Source of the DNA: a virus
Lineage: Duplodnaviria; Caudoviricetes
Reading direction: 5' to 3' (one strand)
DNA: 64,000 nucleotides
IMG/VR virus record: IMGVR_UViG_3300021387_000147
Part shown: in pieces, positions 47,831 to 58,099 of the stretch
Position numbering within the stretch: position 1 is the stretch's first letter
Layout: every line of letters starts with the position of its first letter
Notes under the pieces: generated by a model
Seen by the model: the letters and a program-made list of their open reading frames with translations, nothing else
Database searches by the model: none
What the model was told of the DNA's origin: nothing
Translations under genes and position numbers: made by a program

Positions 47831-49444
47831 TTAGAAACCTAAATCGTCTCCACCTTCATTTTCTTGGTCACCACCTTCTTCCTTAGCGGCATCTGCTTTC
47901 TTCTTCATTTCTTCAATTTCTCTATCAAGCATTGCCTTATTTAATAGCATTTCTTCAGTAGATAGACCTAACATCTTTTCCATAAAGAACTGTCTTGAGA
48001 ATAGTGGGCCTAATTCTTCTGCATCTGGCTTGATATTAGTTGGAGTTGGTAGGAACTGAGATAGAGTACCAATTGTAGCACCTCTCTTTTCAGCCAAAGC
48101 CAAATCTCTCATTCTGTCAAAGTCAGTTGCTGGACACAAGTCAATATCATAAATTGCTTTATCCAAGAATTTTTCAGGATAATTTCTAACCTTTAGATGG
48201 ACTAAGAATACTTGTAGAATAATATCAGCAAATCTCTTTCTTAATCTTCTATTCAATTTTTGGAATGCAGCTTCTTCAGAAGGTAAACCATCTACACCTT
48301 GAACGTATTGTTTACCAGAAATTTCATCAGCTTTCCATCTGTCTTGTGGAATTTGTAGAGCATCCATAACCATCTTCTGGAACATATAAAGGTCTTCAAT
48401 CTGACCATTAAATGTTGCACCACCGGTATAAGTATCAATAGTAGTACCATTTCCAGAGTCATCCTTAGGGAAGAAGAAATCTTCTGTCATTGCGGCTACA
48501 TTCTTATTTGAAATAATCATACCAGTATTTGGGTCGATGTTCAAATTCTTTCTATATTTGTTTGTAACTTCTTGAACGAATGCTGCAGCTTTTTCAGGTG
48601 GCATACGTCCACAATAAATGTTGAACAATCTCTTTTCAGTTGCACGAGTAATACGGTAAACTGTCAAAGCATCTTCAATATTTCTTAATTGGTTCAATGG
48701 ACGAATAGCTGACTCTAAGTGTCCTCTAACGTCATTTCTGTTTGCCCAAGTTCTACCATAGTTTACGTATGCAATCTGTTCAGGTAAGAAACGTTGAACT
48801 TCTGGATTTGAATCTCCAGCTTGTTTTAGATAGTTAATATCTTCAATATAACCTCTAATTAAATCAGAGTCTTTATCATAGATGTTAATCATACAATAAG
48901 GTGGAAGAGTATTGATACCTACTACCTTATCTCCTTTATCAGAAAGACAAATTTCCCAATAAAGCTCTGCATCTGTCAACCATTTCTTATAGTAGTCCCA
49001 TAATTGTTCTTTACCAATTACACAGTCTACAATATAATTAAATTCTGTCTTTAATGAATTGAATTCATAATCAGTGAAGTTTGCCTTATGATTTTCATTC
49101 AATTCGAATTTAGCAACTTTACCATCAGCATTAAAACAAACTGCTTCATCTGTCATAACAGTTAGTGCTTTTTGAACAAGTGGATATAGAGCCATATTTC
49201 TATACCACATAATTTTTTGATACTTATTAGTGAATACAGTATCGAAAATTACATTACTTTGTTCATAAGGTTCACCTGGGTCTACATAACCATCGGTATA
49301 ACCATTAACTAAAGCACCCCAGTCGATTTGGTCTTCACCATAACCTACTGAGTTTCTAGCAGTTTCTGTTTTTCTAACAATAGAATGTTCAGGTCCTCTT
49401 TGAAGGAACTTGTCTGAGAATGGGTTTAAGAAATTTAAATTCAT
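47831..49444 (-). CDS. portal protein (T4 gp20-like)
   Basis: YRNMA.YP.V..A, LE.AI.P.NQLR..EDAL..YRI.RA.E.R.F, M.EDFF.P, F.K...RL..RF. Confidence 0.95.
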   Translation of the reverse strand: MNLNFLNPFSDKFLQRGPEHSIVRKTETARNSVGYGEDQIDWGALVNGYTDGYVDPGEPYEQSNVIFDTVFTNKYQKIMWYRNMALYPLVQKALTVMTDEAVCFNADGKVAKFELNENHKANFTDYEFNSLKTEFNYIVDCVIGKEQLWDYYKKWLTDAELYWEICLSDKGDKVVGINTLPPYCMINIYDKDSDLIRGYIEDINYLKQAGDSNPEVQRFLPEQIAYVNYGRTWANRNDVRGHLESAIRPLNQLRNIEDALTVYRITRATEKRLFNIYCGRMPPEKAAAFVQEVTNKYRKNLNIDPNTGMIISNKNVAAMTEDFFFPKDDSGNGTTIDTYTGGATFNGQIEDLYMFQKMVMDALQIPQDRWKADEISGKQYVQGVDGLPSEEAAFQKLNRRLRKRFADIILQVFLVHLKVRNYPEKFLDKAIYDIDLCPATDFDRMRDLALAEKRGATIGTLSQFLPTPTNIKPDAEELGPLFSRQFFMEKMLGLSTEEMLLNKAMLDREIEEMKKKADAAKEEGGDQENEGGDDLGF

Positions 49445-49488
49445 ATTAGTTGCCTCTTATTTTGTTAAGTTTTTATTATCCATATAGA

Positions 49489-49506
49489 TATTTATACGCA
49501 TAAATA
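49489..49506. promoter_or_regulatory. back-to-back late promoters (portal / gp6)
   Basis: TATTTATA-cg-CATAAATA. Confidence 0.7.
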
Positions 49507-49526
49507 AGATAGAGTAGGTATACAAC

Positions 49527-52271
49527 ATGAACTATACAAATATAACATTTGAATCATTATTAGAAGATTTTAAAAATAGATTAGCATCTGATCCAAGATT
49601 TGCTAATATCAGTTCTGCATCTATCTATCAGATGTTTATGGAAATGATATGTGCATGTATGGATATGACTAACTATTATATGCAGAGAACTGCAGAAGAG
49701 TCTTATATTGACACTGCACGTCTAGATAGTTCTTTAATCAAGTTAGGAAAGAATTTGGGATATAACCCAAGAAGAAGAGTACCAGCTAAGTGTAATCTTC
49801 AAATTCAGCTTAAAGGACCTCTTCCACAGGCAACACAGCCTGGTGATACAGTAGTCTTTAATCAAGATGTTGTCGATTTAGTATTCCAAGGACGTCACTT
49901 TATATTAGACTCTTCATATTCATATACTTTCAGTTCTGAAGATATGGAAGGTAAAAACAGTACATCTTGGAAGAAGACACTAGAATTAGCTTGTCCTTCT
50001 CAGTATGTACATTATATGCCTCTACAGGGTAAGAGTTTATATAACGCTGCAAACCTAGTTCCTATATCATGTTTCCAAGGCGTAAAAGTTGTTAAGGAAA
50101 TTTTGGGTAATGCAAACCTTGGAAAGCTAGGTAAGATTGCACAGTATTATGATATTGATGATATTACATTCTCTAACTGGTATGGTAAGAGAGATCCTTA
50201 TGCATTCTATAAAGGCAATTATGCACCACGTCTAAGTTGGACTAAGGTTGGTATCGGTGAAAACCAAGATGAAGCTTTAGATGATAAGCATGTATTCGAT
50301 ATTGAAGATACATCAATCTATCTAAATGAACATCTACAACAGTTAGAAAATATACCTGCATCTCCATTAAAAATTTGTCAGATTGAAACTAACTATGATA
50401 AGACTGTAAGAGTTAGATTTGGTAATGACAACTATATGGTATGTCCAGGTTTGACAAAGAAGAATCAGAATTTGTATGTACAGTATTTGCAGACTGATGG
50501 TAAGGAAGCTAATCAGACTGGTACAGCTGGTGCACAAATGACAAATAATAATTCATTCTATCTACAACATAAGGGTGAAATTATTGATATTACAAATAAC
50601 ATTACTTTTATTATTGCAACAGATATTTATCAGGGTGAAGAGTTCGAATCTCAAGATAGTATTAGAATTAATGCTCCAGCATATTTCTCATCTAGAAATA
50701 AGTTAGTTACAAAGGGAGACTTCATTTCTTACTTCCGTGGTTTATCTACTCCTATCAATGTTCAAACAGCATTGGTATTTGGTCAGCAAGAAATTGAAGA
50801 TTTTGATAACAAGCTTTATAAGTATGTTCAGAATTATGTATTCTACTCTTTAATCGGTCACATGTATGCAAAACAAGGTGGTAATTATTATCCACGAAAT
50901 GTATTGACTGATAAGGATGATGTTGATGATCCATTCTCATTATATTCTGATGAGTATTTGGATCATATTGCAGATTACGTCAAAATGATTAAATCATTTG
51001 ATGGATATTATAATCAGCAATATAATGATACTCCACAAGAACAGTGGTTGAAGAACATTAAGATTATTAGAGATAATTGTCAGGATAGAATGGAAATCAA
51101 TAGTAGAATTCTATCAATTCCTCCTATGGTTCAGTATTTCGATTTAGTTGGTAGAGCTAAGGTTAAATCAAATACAAAACTTCAGGAATATAAGACAAAT
51201 ATCGAAAACAAGATTTATGAATATCTTGATAATAGAAATGGAACTACTCAGAAGATTTATAAGTCTGATTTGATTAAGTTCTATACAGATGCAGAAGATA
51301 CAATTTCAGTCGATTTGGATTTGAAGGTATCAAGTATTATTCGTGCTGATGCAATTCAGTATCACTGGGAAAATCCAACTATCACAGGTCAGACAACTGC
51401 TTATGGTGCTGGATATTTAACTCAAGATACTTCATTAGATTCATTAGCTCAATTTAATCACTCTCCTCAATTAGCTCAACAAGAATGGGGTCAAAACTGG
51501 AGAAACGTAATTAGAGTTACACAAAAAGATTTATATAATGCATTCCTTGATCCTAAAATGTTGGAAGGTTGTAGAGTATTGATTAAGTTAACAAACGTAT
51601 ATAAAAATAATCAGAAAAAGGATGAAGAATACATTATTAAGGTTGACAAAGTAATTGAAAAGAATACTGGAGAAGATGAAGCATATTTTGAAATATGTCC
51701 TCAGAATGCATTAGTCTTTAATGCAAATTATGAAGATACTGCAGTAATTACAATCAATGTTCCTAAGGAAACTGACTTCTTTAGTAAATCTTCTTTCTCA
51801 ACATATAAGACAGATGAATATAAGTTGAGTCATGCACAAATTACTGGTATTGAAAGAATGTTGAACAATTGGTTAAATCATGGTTTAACAATTGATGAAG
51901 CTGACAGAGCAATTCCTCTTCCATATAAGGTATATGCAAATGAAACAGTCACTCATGAAGAAACTTATATGAGAAAAGGTTATGAATTGACCAACTATGA
52001 AAACACAATTTCAGAAAAGGCATTCTGGATGTATTTCGTTCCTAAGATTATTAGAACATATTATTACAAACATATTCAAGAAGATACTGCTATGGATTCT
52101 CCTTGGTGGAAAGCAATTACAATTCTAATTCAGGATTTGTATTGCTTATGTAAACCAGCATTCTGTGATAATATCTTGGATGAAGGAAATAATATTGTAA
52201 ACTTCTCAATGTCAAATGAAGTTGCAGTTGTTAGAATTAATGTTGAATACGGATATGATACAACAGGTTAA
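49527..52271 (+). CDS. baseplate wedge subunit (T4 gp6-like)
   Basis: ESYIDTA.L.SS...LGKNLGY.P, V.FG, G...ES.DSIR.NAP......N.LVT..D. Confidence 0.85.
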   Translation: MNYTNITFESLLEDFKNRLASDPRFANISSASIYQMFMEMICACMDMTNYYMQRTAEESYIDTARLDSSLIKLGKNLGYNPRRRVPAKCNLQIQLKGPLPQATQPGDTVVFNQDVVDLVFQGRHFILDSSYSYTFSSEDMEGKNSTSWKKTLELACPSQYVHYMPLQGKSLYNAANLVPISCFQGVKVVKEILGNANLGKLGKIAQYYDIDDITFSNWYGKRDPYAFYKGNYAPRLSWTKVGIGENQDEALDDKHVFDIEDTSIYLNEHLQQLENIPASPLKICQIETNYDKTVRVRFGNDNYMVCPGLTKKNQNLYVQYLQTDGKEANQTGTAGAQMTNNNSFYLQHKGEIIDITNNITFIIATDIYQGEEFESQDSIRINAPAYFSSRNKLVTKGDFISYFRGLSTPINVQTALVFGQQEIEDFDNKLYKYVQNYVFYSLIGHMYAKQGGNYYPRNVLTDKDDVDDPFSLYSDEYLDHIADYVKMIKSFDGYYNQQYNDTPQEQWLKNIKIIRDNCQDRMEINSRILSIPPMVQYFDLVGRAKVKSNTKLQEYKTNIENKIYEYLDNRNGTTQKIYKSDLIKFYTDAEDTISVDLDLKVSSIIRADAIQYHWENPTITGQTTAYGAGYLTQDTSLDSLAQFNHSPQLAQQEWGQNWRNVIRVTQKDLYNAFLDPKMLEGCRVLIKLTNVYKNNQKKDEEYIIKVDKVIEKNTGEDEAYFEICPQNALVFNANYEDTAVITINVPKETDFFSKSSFSTYKTDEYKLSHAQITGIERMLNNWLNHGLTIDEADRAIPLPYKVYANETVTHEETYMRKGYELTNYENTISEKAFWMYFVPKIIRTYYYKHIQEDTAMDSPWWKAITILIQDLYCLCKPAFCDNILDEGNNIVNFSMSNEVAVVRINVEYGYDTTG

Positions 52272-52274
52272 TAG

Positions 52275-55200
52275 ATGAATTACACAATCAATGAAACATT
52301 TGAAATGAGTGGATATACAGCAGTAATTGAAGCGGACCAGAATTTGGCTTCGCTTATTACTGATAATTTCCGTATGGAAGTTAGAGATATTCTTACTAAC
52401 CAAGTTGAAGAAATTACAAAAGAAGACCTTATGAAATGGGGTACTTCTGTTGATACTAGCTTAGACCCAAGTTTGTGGGAAACTCAATCATGTATCAATA
52501 ATGGTGGAATGTATATTAACTTCAATGGAAATACTCTTACATTTAAACAAATTATTCCTTGTTTAAGTGGTGATATTCCAATGGGATATAATTCATCACA
52601 AGTAAGTGTTGTTTTTAATGATAATGACAGTATAAATTTCTATAGTAAAACTCTTCCTTTCTTTAAAAGAGATTTACCAAAATCAGATAATTATGATGTA
52701 GAACCTATTTTACCAGAAGGTTCTGCTCGTCCTGATTATGACTTCGATAACTTTAGAAATAATATATTGATGAGTGGATGTAAATCCAATTTTGAATATA
52801 ATACTGTTGGTGACTTATATGTTAATAATGAACAAGGTCATATTAAGAAATATAACAATAAGAGTTTAACTGAATATACAAGAATTTACGATAATAAACA
52901 AACACCTAAATTCTATTCAGATATTTCTGCATTCTATATTACAACCAATCAGCTTGGTGGTATTACTCCTTATGAATTTAAGGATGAATATAAAGGCAAA
53001 CATTGGAAATCAACAATATGGAATGAAACTACAGATGAAGAAAGTGATATTCCTGTATCTCAAATAAATTCAGATCCATTATCAGCAACAGTTGAATTTA
53101 ATGGTTTAACATCTGATGTTGTCTATAATGTATATAGACAATTTATCAATGATAGATATTTCCCATTAGATTATAGAAAGAATGTTTTAAAATTCTATAT
53201 TGATTTTGAAAATCATGGTATTCATGTAGCTAATGAACCACAACCACTTGATATTAAGATTTTTAGACAAGGTAATGATAAAGTAATTCATGTTAGAATT
53301 ACAAATCCTAATCAATATGATGGTGATGAACCACATCCATTGAAGGATGCTAAAATACATTTTGAAGAAATTCAAAAAACTGGTATTAGCGATCCTTATG
53401 AAGTTCATCGCGATGGTAATATATTAACATTCAAATTAAATGGTGATATTGAATGTGGTTATTCTTTTATTGAAACAGCATGGCTTGAATTAGCATATCC
53501 AGGTTATAGCTCAGATTATGTAAAATTAAGAACTTATGCAGCAGTTGGTGCTGATGATCAACCATCATCTTCAAAACCAGGTTATGAAAAGAATAGTGTA
53601 TTTGCTACTGTAGTTGGATATAAAAAATATAATAAAGATACAACTCCTCCTACAAACATAGATGATTTTAATGCTGCTACTAATGCAGAAGACCCAGATT
53701 CTCATAATTTGTTATTAGAAGAAGATGAACGTGGTATTATTTGTTTTGAAATAACAAATAAAAATTATGATAAAGAATGGATAAATACAAATTTAATTCA
53801 AGTTATTTTAAATGATGAAAATTTGCAAGTATCACCATCTGTTCCATTTGATATTTCAAATGAAAAAACATATTTCTTTGTTTATGGTATTACTTGTTCA
53901 GAATTAATTGAAACAATAACAAATGTCGAAATAACATTTGAAATTACTGGAACAGCAGCATGTTCAGGTGATTGGATTGACCAAGATAAATCTAAATTTT
54001 CATCTAAATGGTATTTCTTTAAACCAGATGAACCATTACAACAAATTAGATGTTTAACCTGTGAAGATACAGCAGATACAAATCCATGCTATGAATATCT
54101 TGGTGCTTCTAGAAATCCAACTATTGAAACATCAACACATACATACGACCATATATTAGATGTTTATAGTAGACAAGATGGTACTATCATAATTGAAAAA
54201 ACTCAATATGGTATTCAGAGATTTAAGATTGTAAATCCAAACAAAAGAGATTATTCTGATAAAATTAAAATAACAATTTATAAAGATACTTTATCAGAAA
54301 GTTTCGAATTTACACTTAATAATATACCAGTTATAGGATATACATTAGAAACATTAGGTTTATTAGTTAAAGATTTTAATGTTATTTATTCAGATCCAAA
54401 TAATTATGGAACAGTAAAATTTAATGTATATGGTATTACTCCATCTAAAATTAAAGCTCATGTAGAAGTTACAACAAATGAGATGCCTATTGCAAGTGAT
54501 TTCTTTAAAGCAGATTCTTCAACAGTGACATGGACAGAAAAATCTTTTATTCCTAAAGAATGGGAAGAATTTAATAACTATGTAATTTTCACAAAATCTA
54601 AATTACATTTAGATGGTGCAAAAATTGGTGTTCGTTCAATTTATTGTACAGCTATCAATATTGATAACGCATCTACTGTTAATACAAGTTATTCTGATAA
54701 TCCAGATTTCCCAGCTGGTATATATGTAGATTGTCGTGAACAATGGTCTGATGGTTCTTGTATCATTCTAAATAATGCTAATGTTACCGACCAAGGTTTG
54801 CAAGGTAGTGTTAAATATGCAAATTTAAATCCACCTATTGATTTGAAAGATAATGGTGAAAATCAAGTTTGGTATAACGCTGCAAGTAAGAATATAATTT
54901 ATTTAACAAAAAATATTGATAAGACACAATACGTCACTGCAGTCAACAATAACTATGTTGGTTCTAAGATGGAAGTTAAATCTATGACAGTTCCTGATTT
55001 ACCAAGATTTAATATAAATTATGATGGAACAGAAAATGTTAATATGAATGACCGTCAATCTATTACATTAAATGCAGGTGGAAATATCCAATCATATAAT
55101 CAGTTTAGTGCAGGTAATGATTGTGTATTGACATTAGGTGCAGGTGAATATTACTTCAAATCATTTACTGCAGGTACAAATTTACAGATTGTTATTCCAC

Positions 55201-55505
55201 AATTGCAATCAGGTGAATACGTAAGAATTTGTGTTCAAGGTAAAGTTGAAGTAAGTAATGGTGTTAACTTACAAAATAATAATGGTGACTACACAACATT
55301 CATGCTTTATTCTGATTATCAAAGTAATGATGATACTGACTATGCAATTAAATTTGCATCTTATCATGGACAACAACAGAACTATGGTGTTATTGTTGCT
55401 CCAGATGGTGGTGTCCGTTTTGAAAATGGTATTATATGGACAGGCGCAATTTGGTCTAAAGGCTTATCAATGGCAAATGGATGTTCATTACAATCAGTAG
55501 TTTAA
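52275..55505 (+). CDS. large baseplate-associated structural protein with C-terminal beta-helix-like domain
   Basis: Follows gp6; C-terminal TLGAGEYYF...GVIVAP...WTGAIW pattern of adhesin-type beta-solenoids. Confidence 0.55.
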   Translation: MNYTINETFEMSGYTAVIEADQNLASLITDNFRMEVRDILTNQVEEITKEDLMKWGTSVDTSLDPSLWETQSCINNGGMYINFNGNTLTFKQIIPCLSGDIPMGYNSSQVSVVFNDNDSINFYSKTLPFFKRDLPKSDNYDVEPILPEGSARPDYDFDNFRNNILMSGCKSNFEYNTVGDLYVNNEQGHIKKYNNKSLTEYTRIYDNKQTPKFYSDISAFYITTNQLGGITPYEFKDEYKGKHWKSTIWNETTDEESDIPVSQINSDPLSATVEFNGLTSDVVYNVYRQFINDRYFPLDYRKNVLKFYIDFENHGIHVANEPQPLDIKIFRQGNDKVIHVRITNPNQYDGDEPHPLKDAKIHFEEIQKTGISDPYEVHRDGNILTFKLNGDIECGYSFIETAWLELAYPGYSSDYVKLRTYAAVGADDQPSSSKPGYEKNSVFATVVGYKKYNKDTTPPTNIDDFNAATNAEDPDSHNLLLEEDERGIICFEITNKNYDKEWINTNLIQVILNDENLQVSPSVPFDISNEKTYFFVYGITCSELIETITNVEITFEITGTAACSGDWIDQDKSKFSSKWYFFKPDEPLQQIRCLTCEDTADTNPCYEYLGASRNPTIETSTHTYDHILDVYSRQDGTIIIEKTQYGIQRFKIVNPNKRDYSDKIKITIYKDTLSESFEFTLNNIPVIGYTLETLGLLVKDFNVIYSDPNNYGTVKFNVYGITPSKIKAHVEVTTNEMPIASDFFKADSSTVTWTEKSFIPKEWEEFNNYVIFTKSKLHLDGAKIGVRSIYCTAINIDNASTVNTSYSDNPDFPAGIYVDCREQWSDGSCIILNNANVTDQGLQGSVKYANLNPPIDLKDNGENQVWYNAASKNIIYLTKNIDKTQYVTAVNNNYVGSKMEVKSMTVPDLPRFNINYDGTENVNMNDRQSITLNAGGNIQSYNQFSAGNDCVLTLGAGEYYFKSFTAGTNLQIVIPQLQSGEYVRICVQGKVEVSNGVNLQNNNGDYTTFMLYSDYQSNDDTDYAIKFASYHGQQQNYGVIVAPDGGVRFENGIIWTGAIWSKGLSMANGCSLQSVV

Positions 55506-55517
55506 TAGAGGTTTATT

Positions 55518-56066
55518 ATGGCAGGTGTGACAACTGAGATTAACAATTATAATAAGAACAAATGGATATGTAGATTTTCCAACATGGTAGACTTTACTGA
55601 CCTTGAATTAGATACTACTGTCCTTGATAACTATATTCGAACAGTCAATATTCCTGATTTGTCAGTAAATATGTTGACTTCAGAATTCCAACATGAAAGA
55701 CAATTGCATCCAGATCCACGTGGTGCTCGTGATTTACAGACCATCAATATGGAATTTAAGATGGATGAAGAAGGTAAAAACTTCTATTATTTCTGGTGTT
55801 GGCTAATGAGCATGAGAGCAGGTAAACCAATTGGAAAAAAGACAGCTCTTGGTGAAAAGCTGTTGAGAATGGACTGTATCGATGCTATAGAAGTTTGTCT
55901 ATTAAATAACGACAAAGTAATGGTTTCAAAGATGAAATTCTGGCACTGTATACCTACTAACTTGTCAGCATTGAGTCTAGAAACTGGTCAGGCACAAGAA
56001 GCTACATTCATAGTCACATTCGATTATGAAAACATGACGCTTCAACCTGTCACTTCTGAAGAATAA
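55518..56066 (+). CDS. tail tube terminator/completion protein (T4 gp3-like)
   Basis: VNIPDLS, F.MDE...N.Y...CWL, F..C.PT.LS.L, VTF.Y. Confidence 0.7.
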   Translation: MAGVTTEINNYNKNKWICRFSNMVDFTDLELDTTVLDNYIRTVNIPDLSVNMLTSEFQHERQLHPDPRGARDLQTINMEFKMDEEGKNFYYFWCWLMSMRAGKPIGKKTALGEKLLRMDCIDAIEVCLLNNDKVMVSKMKFWHCIPTNLSALSLETGQAQEATFIVTFDYENMTLQPVTSEE

Positions 56067-56094
56067 AAAAAGAGAGACTTTCGTCTCTCTTTTT
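56065..56094. terminator. bidirectional terminator
   Basis: A7-GAGAGAC-TTTC-GTCTCTC-T5 between convergent genes. Confidence 0.8.
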
Positions 56095-56132
56095 CTTTAA
56101 CATATATTGAATTATCTATGATGACATTTTAT

Positions 56133-56777
56133 TTATAATGCGAAGATTTGCGCAGCCTTCTGGATTTTCGCTTCCTTAACAGCAAGCGTATCATTAGTTC
56201 CATAAATCTTCAAGCAGAATGCAAGCCACTTTTCAAAAGCAGTAGAATTCATTGCATCGAACTGAGTGTCCTTCACATCATGCACCTGGATGCCATGACG
56301 GAGGAATGCTTTAAGGCGGCGATAGAATTTGTCAGTATCACAAATAGCCTTCAACTGATTCTTAGCAGCGCGAACAGGGTCCTTCTTTGTGACGCATGTG
56401 TCAGCTCTGAGTTCATCTTTAGAGTCAGGCGTATGATTGTCGTATCGCTTAGCAAAATCGACCAGGAAGCGCTTCTGTGCTTCATCCATGACGTCTTCAT
56501 CATTAATATCAAGGCGTTCATTACGACCATCAGCACCCTGCACCCAAGCAAACTTCTTACCAATTCCAGAAATTTCAAAGGCCTTCAAATAAGCAGGGAA
56601 CTTTTCCCACTTAGTACCGAAAATATCATCATTACCGGCTTGATACCATATCTGGCGAATTAGATCTGCAGCGCAAACTACGCCTTTTTCCTTCAAGAAT
56701 TTTGCAAAGTCTTCCTCTGTAAAGCGTTCGCCATCGAACAGAGTTTCCATTTTTCGATTAAGTTCATTAAAAGTCAT
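56133..56777 (-). CDS. hypothetical early protein
   Basis: 214 aa, AGGAG SD, higher GC. Confidence 0.65.
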   Translation of the reverse strand: MTFNELNRKMETLFDGERFTEEDFAKFLKEKGVVCAADLIRQIWYQAGNDDIFGTKWEKFPAYLKAFEISGIGKKFAWVQGADGRNERLDINDEDVMDEAQKRFLVDFAKRYDNHTPDSKDELRADTCVTKKDPVRAAKNQLKAICDTDKFYRRLKAFLRHGIQVHDVKDTQFDAMNSTAFEKWLAFCLKIYGTNDTLAVKEAKIQKAAQIFAL

Positions 56778-56779
56778 TT

Positions 56780-56959
56780 TTATTCTCCTAAGGCTTCATC
56801 AATAGCCATTGAAAGTTTAAGTCTAATTGGAAGCACATATTTTAAATTACAAGCATTGCAACATTGTCCATTATCAATTACAGGCGCTGCATTATGTGCT
56901 TCCTTTTCTGGATATTTATTTCCGCAGAAACAACAAGTAAAGAGTAAAACATTTTTCAT
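56780..56959 (-). CDS. small Zn-ribbon protein (59 aa, below cutoff)
   Basis: CCFCG...HNAAPV...CCNACN. Confidence 0.65.
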   Translation of the reverse strand: MKNVLLFTCCFCGNKYPEKEAHNAAPVIDNGQCCNACNLKYVLPIRLKLSMAIDEALGE

Positions 56960-56961
56960 AA

Positions 56962-57270
56962 TTATTTCCTATTTTTAGCCCATGGCTTCCAATATCTCAT
57001 AAATTCTTCTGTAGTCCAATATGAATATCCATCCATAGGTGAATTCCATATATTTCCAATATAAGTTAATTCTGGTTTTTCAGGGAATTCGAAATTTTCA
57101 TCACATTCTTCATCAGCAAAATCAAGACACTTAATTAAATTTCTAGTCCTACGTCTGATATATCGATTGTAATCACGTTTCCATTCATGAATACTATCAT
57201 GCTTAGTGCAACACATAGGCAGTCGCACCCAATCAGTTCCTGGAATGTTTTTACGATATGAACGAGACAT
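56962..57270 (-). CDS. MSRSYRK-type small basic protein
   Basis: MSRSYRK...K...NR..RR...W....DG. Confidence 0.65.
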   Translation of the reverse strand: MSRSYRKNIPGTDWVRLPMCCTKHDSIHEWKRDYNRYIRRRTRNLIKCLDFADEECDENFEFPEKPELTYIGNIWNSPMDGYSYWTTEEFMRYWKPWAKNRK

Positions 57271-57280
57271 AAATCCTCAA

Positions 57281-57958
57281 TTAAAATTTATATGTAGGCA
57301 TATTAGGCATTTCTGCATACCACTTACAAAGGTCATATACTTCGTCGAGCGTTTTGCACCTAAAGTAAGAATAATTTAAAGACGGAATTCGAACTCTCCA
57401 ACAATTTTTAGTCAAATCCTTAGTAGGTTCAAAATACCAGTTAATATCAACTCCACTAAATTCCCAAGTTAACAGCTTATGTTCATCTTCTTTAAAACTG
57501 CCATTGTGTTCAATAGCGAGTTTATTCATCTTTTCATAAAAGTCAAAGTACTCTGCTCGCTGACTAACAAAGTTAAGATCTTTCTTCTTAGCATCCTTAT
57601 TTACTTTAGTCGATTTCTTAGCGAAATAGTCAACAATCATATTGACGTAATCTTGAGCCTTTGAAATATCACTAAAATCACATGCTTTCGGAACTTTCCA
57701 CTGAGGGCATTTTCCACTAATATGATAACTAGCACTAATTCTGTCGAGCGGTTTTTCTGAAAAATCAAATTCGAATGTTTCATCACCACCATACCAATGA
57801 CGAAATTCGATATAAACATAAGCAGGATGATCTTCATCATGGCGAGGTGCTTCAATATCAGTCAAAAGATAAAAGCCATCATTGCTATACTTCTGAAATT
57901 TCCAACCCTTAAGTTCGCAAATTTTCTTGAAGACTTTTTCTTGTTTTCTGATACCCAT
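57281..57958 (-). CDS. hypothetical early protein
   Basis: First gene after early cassette copy 3; FKKICELKGW resembles the array N-terminal motif. Confidence 0.65.
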   Translation of the reverse strand: MGIRKQEKVFKKICELKGWKFQKYSNDGFYLLTDIEAPRHDEDHPAYVYIEFRHWYGGDETFEFDFSEKPLDRISASYHISGKCPQWKVPKACDFSDISKAQDYVNMIVDYFAKKSTKVNKDAKKKDLNFVSQRAEYFDFYEKMNKLAIEHNGSFKEDEHKLLTWEFSGVDINWYFEPTKDLTKNCWRVRIPSLNYSYFRCKTLDEVYDLCKWYAEMPNMPTYKF

Positions 57959-57963
57959 TTGAA

Positions 57964-58076
57964 TAACCTCTTTAATTTTTACATGTATAATATAAGTATT
58001 TTGGAATGATTTGTAAACCCTGGTTATGTAAAAAGAAGTTTACAAAGCGCTCCTGGAATGTAAAATATAGTTTACA
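57964..58076 (-). promoter_or_regulatory. early promoter cassette copy 3 with palindromic boxes
   Basis: GGGTTTACA-N17-TATATT; boxes TGTAAA-N6-TTTACA at 58027-58044 and 58059-58076. Confidence 0.75.
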
Positions 58077-58099
58077 ATAAATAGAAATAGAGGTAAACT

